A stretch of DNA of 38,148 nucleotides from Candidatus Bathyarchaeota archaeon (lineage in GTDB: Archaea; Thermoproteota; Bathyarchaeia; Bathyarchaeales; DTEX01). Under the pieces are notes generated by a model. That model made no database searches and was not told where the DNA came from. It saw only the letters and a program-made list of their open reading frames with translations. Within the stretch, counting starts at the first letter, position 1, and every line of letters begins with the position of its first letter. Where the stretch lies: positions 1 to 38,148 of the forward strand of contig JAGTQS010000003.1 in NCBI GenBank assembly GCA_018397055.1, given 5' to 3'. The position numbers were made by a program, and so were the translations under genes. This document shows positions 34,896 through 38,148 of the stretch, piece after piece.

Positions 34896-35643
34896 CTATT
34901 TTTTCGCTCTCCTCTTCTTGGTTTTCAACATCGGCTTCAACCGTCTCATCAGAAGAAACATCAGCATATGGCTGATTTTCCAGTTCTGAAACCTGCGTCT
35001 CTTCTATTTTTTCTTCAACCTGTTCTGAGGGTTTCTGCGGCTCAGGTTCGATTTCTAGTATTTTTATTTGGTCTGGAAGCTCTACGCCTGAAGGCATGAT
35101 TGTTACTTTTACCCCAAATATTCCGGGCTTTAGCTGGCTGTGAACAACTGCTCTTCTCACAAACTTCATTGCAGGATCTCCGCTTTTAGGTACATATCCT
35201 TCTCGGAACTTTTCACTTCGAGCCCGTTCTGTCCTGAGCTTACCGCTTATAATTATTTCTGCACCTAGAGCTCCTGCCTCCATTATTTGGGAGAGAGCCC
35301 AAAATCCTGCTCTACGAAAGTGTACACCTCGCTTGAGTGTGGTTGCGATTCGTGAAGCCATGACGTGAGCGTTTAATTCCGGAACCTCGATTTCGGCGAC
35401 TGAAACTTGAGGGTTGGGTAGTCCAAATTTGTCTTCCAGTGCCTTTGCGAGGTTCTTAATTGTTGTTCCTCCACGTCCAATTATTATGCCTGGACGCATT
35501 GCGTAAACAACGATGTTTGTGCCTAGAGGTGTTTTTGTGATGTCTACACCTCCGTAGCCTGCTTTCTCAAATTCTTTCCACAAAAATTCGTCTACGCCTG
35601 TTTTTTTGATGGATTCATCAATAAAGTGTTTGATGGACGACAC
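34873..35643 (-). CDS. rps3: 30S ribosomal protein S3 (uS3) with acidic C-terminal extension
   Basis: 256 aa. KH domain 'IIIGRGGTTIKNLAKALE' and a C-terminal E/D-rich tail. Confidence 0.9.
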   Translation of the reverse strand: MSSIKHFIDESIKKTGVDEFLWKEFEKAGYGGVDITKTPLGTNIVVYAMRPGIIIGRGGTTIKNLAKALEDKFGLPNPQVSVAEIEVPELNAHVMASRIATTLKRGVHFRRAGFWALSQIMEAGALGAEIIISGKLRTERARSEKFREGYVPKSGDPAMKFVRRAVVHSQLKPGIFGVKVTIMPSGVELPDQIKILEIEPEPQKPSEQVEEKIEETQVSELENQPYADVSSDETVEADVENQEEESEKIDGDEKDS

Positions 35644-36186
35644 CTAAACTTCTCCTCCTACTTGTGCCAAAACAATTTCGACGTGACACAAGGTTTTATT
35701 CTTTGGAGTGGCTCTCCCCATAGCTCTTGGAATAAATCTTTTAATTTTGATTCCGGGATAAGCCGCGGCGTGAACTATTTTTAAGTTTTCTGAATCTAAG
35801 CCTTTGTACATAGCGTTTGACTCTGCGCTTTCAATAACCTCAAGTATTTTCTGGGCTGCCTTAACGGGGTATCTGCCAGCGGCAATTTTCTGAAGGTCCT
35901 TCCTGTGGGGAAGAGTTTTCTTATGTTTCCTGTACGGAACAGACCTTTTTTTCTGCTGGACTTGTTCAAGAAAAGATTTGGCAGCGTCTAACTTCATTCC
36001 TTTTATTGCTGCACAAACTTCTACAGCTGCTTTTGGCGATACTCTCAACTCTCTTCCGCTGGCTTTAACGGTCGTTTCCGGGTCTAAGCCCACTACGGAG
36101 TATCCCCATTTAGGCAATTCTTGTTCACCGACTTTCATTGAACAGATGCATAGTGGTTTATAAGAATTATCTTTTTTGGTATGCAT
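35644..36186 (-). CDS. rpl22: 50S ribosomal protein L22 (uL22)
   Basis: 180-aa ORF. The body 'KWGYSV...ASGRELRVSPKAAVEVC..IKG' is L22-like. The true start may be the internal Met at 36138. Confidence 0.85.
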   Translation of the reverse strand: MHTKKDNSYKPLCICSMKVGEQELPKWGYSVVGLDPETTVKASGRELRVSPKAAVEVCAAIKGMKLDAAKSFLEQVQQKKRSVPYRKHKKTLPHRKDLQKIAAGRYPVKAAQKILEVIESAESNAMYKGLDSENLKIVHAAAYPGIKIKRFIPRAMGRATPKNKTLCHVEIVLAQVGGEV

Positions 36187-36343
36187 TTTCCCGAATTGTT
36201 CGTTTTTTGGGTTTCACTATTTTGCCCTGTTCTATGAGTTGAGGAAGTTTTTATTGGAGACTTTCATCAAAATGCTACATAATTTCTTTTAATCATTGTT
36301 GTGTGTGCCATTTTTTGTGTGATAACTTATTTTCAGATATTCA

Positions 36344-37360
36344 ATGTTAAAAGAAGTGTTTTCTGGGAAAAATCTTATATTTTCTTTCATCCCCTTTGCT
36401 TTAGGGGATTGGGTTTTGGATTTTGAAAGGAAAGTTTTAGCCTTTCATTACGCTTGGTATGGTGTTCCTTGGGGTCCTGGGAAGCAGTGGCAGGGGTGGA
36501 AAGATGAGGCTCATAATTCTGATAAAATAGTTGGAGGAAGACGTAACATAAAATCTCCTCATTACCCTCTTGACGGAGTCTACGATTCATTGGACGTTTC
36601 TGTCATAAATAGGCAGCTTATTGAGGCGAAAGAGGCGAACATAGATGGGTTCATCGTTTCGTGGTGGGGTTTTGAAAGTTACTCTCATAAGGTTCTTGAG
36701 GCTATGTTAAATTTGGCTCCTAGAAATTTCGTAACTATCTATTATGAGACAGCGATGACGTTTAAGCAAAGAGATTTGTCGCGTGAGAATGCGATTGAGA
36801 GAATATATTTGGATTTAAAAAGGCTATTGGCAGAACAGGGCATAAAGGATCAATGGATACATGTTGACGAAAAGCCTCTTGTTGTGTTGTATATTGTTGA
36901 GAACTACAGGATAGATGAGTGGCTTGTGATTAAAAGAAAATTGAGCGATGATGGCTTTGAGCCTTTTTTCCTTGGAGACACATATAATGCGGAGTACTTG
37001 GATGTAATGGATGGTTTACATACATATAATCCCGTGTGGATCACTTTAAGTGGTTTGAGTTTTGCAGAAATCTATGATAAAGTTTCCTTAAAAGTTCATG
37101 ATAAAGACAGGCTTTTTGCTGCGACAGTGTGCCCAGGCTACGACGATAGGAAGGTTAGAGATCCTGGGCTTTATATCAGTAGAGCCGACGGTCATTACTA
37201 TAACGCGTGTTGGGAAGCATCAAGGAAAAGTAAGGCAGACTGGGTTCTTGTTACTAGCTGGAATGAGTGGTTTGAAGGCACAGAGATTGAGTCAAGTTTA
37301 GAGTATGGAAAAGACTATATTTACCTCACAAGGCAGAATACGATGAGTTTCAAACCTTAA
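36344..37360 (+). CDS. Glycoside hydrolase family 99-like protein (endo-alpha-mannosidase fold)
   Basis: 338 aa. 'AFHYAWYG', 'SPHYPLDGVYDSLD', 'IDGFIVSWWG', 'CPGYDDRKVR' and 'VTSWNEWFEGTEIE' parallel the GH99/MANEA strings I remember ('YYSWYG', 'FYPELGSYSS', 'SFNEWHEGTQIE'). Confidence 0.7.
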   Translation: MLKEVFSGKNLIFSFIPFALGDWVLDFERKVLAFHYAWYGVPWGPGKQWQGWKDEAHNSDKIVGGRRNIKSPHYPLDGVYDSLDVSVINRQLIEAKEANIDGFIVSWWGFESYSHKVLEAMLNLAPRNFVTIYYETAMTFKQRDLSRENAIERIYLDLKRLLAEQGIKDQWIHVDEKPLVVLYIVENYRIDEWLVIKRKLSDDGFEPFFLGDTYNAEYLDVMDGLHTYNPVWITLSGLSFAEIYDKVSLKVHDKDRLFAATVCPGYDDRKVRDPGLYISRADGHYYNACWEASRKSKADWVLVTSWNEWFEGTEIESSLEYGKDYIYLTRQNTMSFKP

Positions 37361-37423
37361 TGGGCTAGATGGCTGCATCGTTTATGTTGCGTTTTTAATT
37401 TGCGGTTAGTATTGGACAGCTGG

Positions 37424-38148
37424 TTATAGGAAATTTATGTTTTGTGCGTTTTGGATTGTGAATCTTCCTTGTGCAGCATTTTTAATATGTTGACTGTGAA
37501 CTGTTAGGTTTTCAAACGATACGTTTTCAACGAGGTGTTTTTCATCGTATCCATGTATTATTGAGAATGGAAACGGTCCGTTGATCACAGAGATGTTTTT
37601 GACCTCTATGTTTTTGATGTGCCCACGATTTACGGCGTATTTTTCTTGCTGATCTTTAGGTACGCTGAGTACTCCATCCCACGCTCCGTGTAAGTAGCGT
37701 TTGTTTACTTCTTCTTGATCTTTTGGGCTGTCTATGCTGTATCGGGAGAGAAAGATGGCGAAGTCAAAAAGTTTGTGTCGAGCGTCTTCTACACGGATGT
37801 TTTCGTATCGGATGTTGTCAACAACTGCGTAGTCGCCGTTGTGTATGCTAAAGACTGCTCCGCGTTCAACGTGAATTACGTCGCAATCGTCGAAAACTAT
37901 GTCGTGAAGTCTGTTCGCCCTAAGTTCAAACCCAATCTCAAGGCCGTTTCCCCAAAGCCCGTTCCAAAAGACAGAGCGTGAAACTCTTACTTTTTCAACT
38001 CCGTTTTCAGGTGGGTAATCCCACGCTGCTTTGATTGCTATGCAGTCGTCTTTTGAGCGGATGAAGCATTCGTCGATTTTTACATTTTTGCTTCTTACAA
38101 CGTCTATGCCGTCGTCACTTCCATTATCACTAACAATTTTGACGTTGT
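37424..38148 (-). CDS. GH28-like parallel beta-helix protein (polygalacturonase family), 5'-truncated by the window edge; frame is open but the catalytic-motif segment is frame-scrambled
   Basis: Not in the ORF track, since it runs off the window and has no upstream stop. My translation is continuous from 38146 to stop 37424..37426: 'NVKIVSDNGSDDGIDGCKKQKCKNRRMLHPLKRRLLAIKAAWDYPPENGV...GNGLEIGFE...NIRYENIRVED...'. See the finding at 38038..38106. Confidence 0.65.
   Translation of the reverse strand, partial: NVKIVSDNGSDDGIDVVRSKNVKIDECFIRSKDDCIAIKAAWDYPPENGVEKVRVSRSVFWNGLWGNGLEIGFELRANRLHDIVFDDCDVIHVERGAVFSIHNGDYAVVDNIRYENIRVEDARHKLFDFAIFLSRYSIDSPKDQEEVNKRYLHGAWDGVLSVPKDQQEKYAVNRGHIKNIEVKNISVINGPFPFSIIHGYDEKHLVENVSFENLTVHSQHIKNAAQGRFTIQNAQNINFL

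Noticed and set aside
1-38148. CRISPR arrays, IS elements, prophage or defence islands
   Set aside because: By eye I found no regularly spaced direct repeats and no transposase, integrase, cas or restriction-type ORFs. The short antisense ORFs in the track inside rad50, glmS, acd, infB and the ribosomal genes are shadow ORFs.

Overview
AT-rich archaeal chromosomal segment. Diagnostic archaeal content is a ribosomal-protein block (L22-S3-L29-Rpp29-S17-L14-L24-S4e-L5-S14-S8-L6-L32e-L19e-L18), aIF5B, mre11-rad50 and two intron-containing tRNAs. Other genes are FtsZ, GlmS, RpiA, CutA, a TrpB2-type enzyme, an HK/CheY/REC-zinc-ribbon two-component module, a processive GT2 synthase, and an acetyl-CoA node (ADP-forming acetyl-CoA synthetase, a Pta-N-terminal-like DRTGG protein, a CoA-transferase::GNAT fusion). 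A surface glycoprotein candidate and GH99-like/GH28-like genes are also present. The non-canonical tRNA intron plus the Cys-rich response-regulator output domain suggest a TACK/Thermoproteota-like lineage that keeps FtsZ (inference only). No CRISPR array, transposase or integrase was seen. The most interesting signal is in pcm (protein-L-isoaspartate methyltransferase), which is split by a 31-nt insert at 12726..12756. Precise removal of the insert restores both the frame and the conserved SAPHM motif. Independently, the insert folds into a bulge-helix-bulge with both junctions at the canonical endonuclease cleavage positions, making it a candidate spliced intron in a protein-coding mRNA. Secondary signals are a GC-rich hairpin-dense non-coding island flanked by 12-nt direct repeats (unassigned ncRNA), a Pat-type GNAT fused to an acetyl-CoA hydrolase/transferase domain, an RHH gene divergent from ftsZ, and a GH28-like gene whose catalytic motif lies in a 60-nt stretch that is out of frame between two compensating indels.
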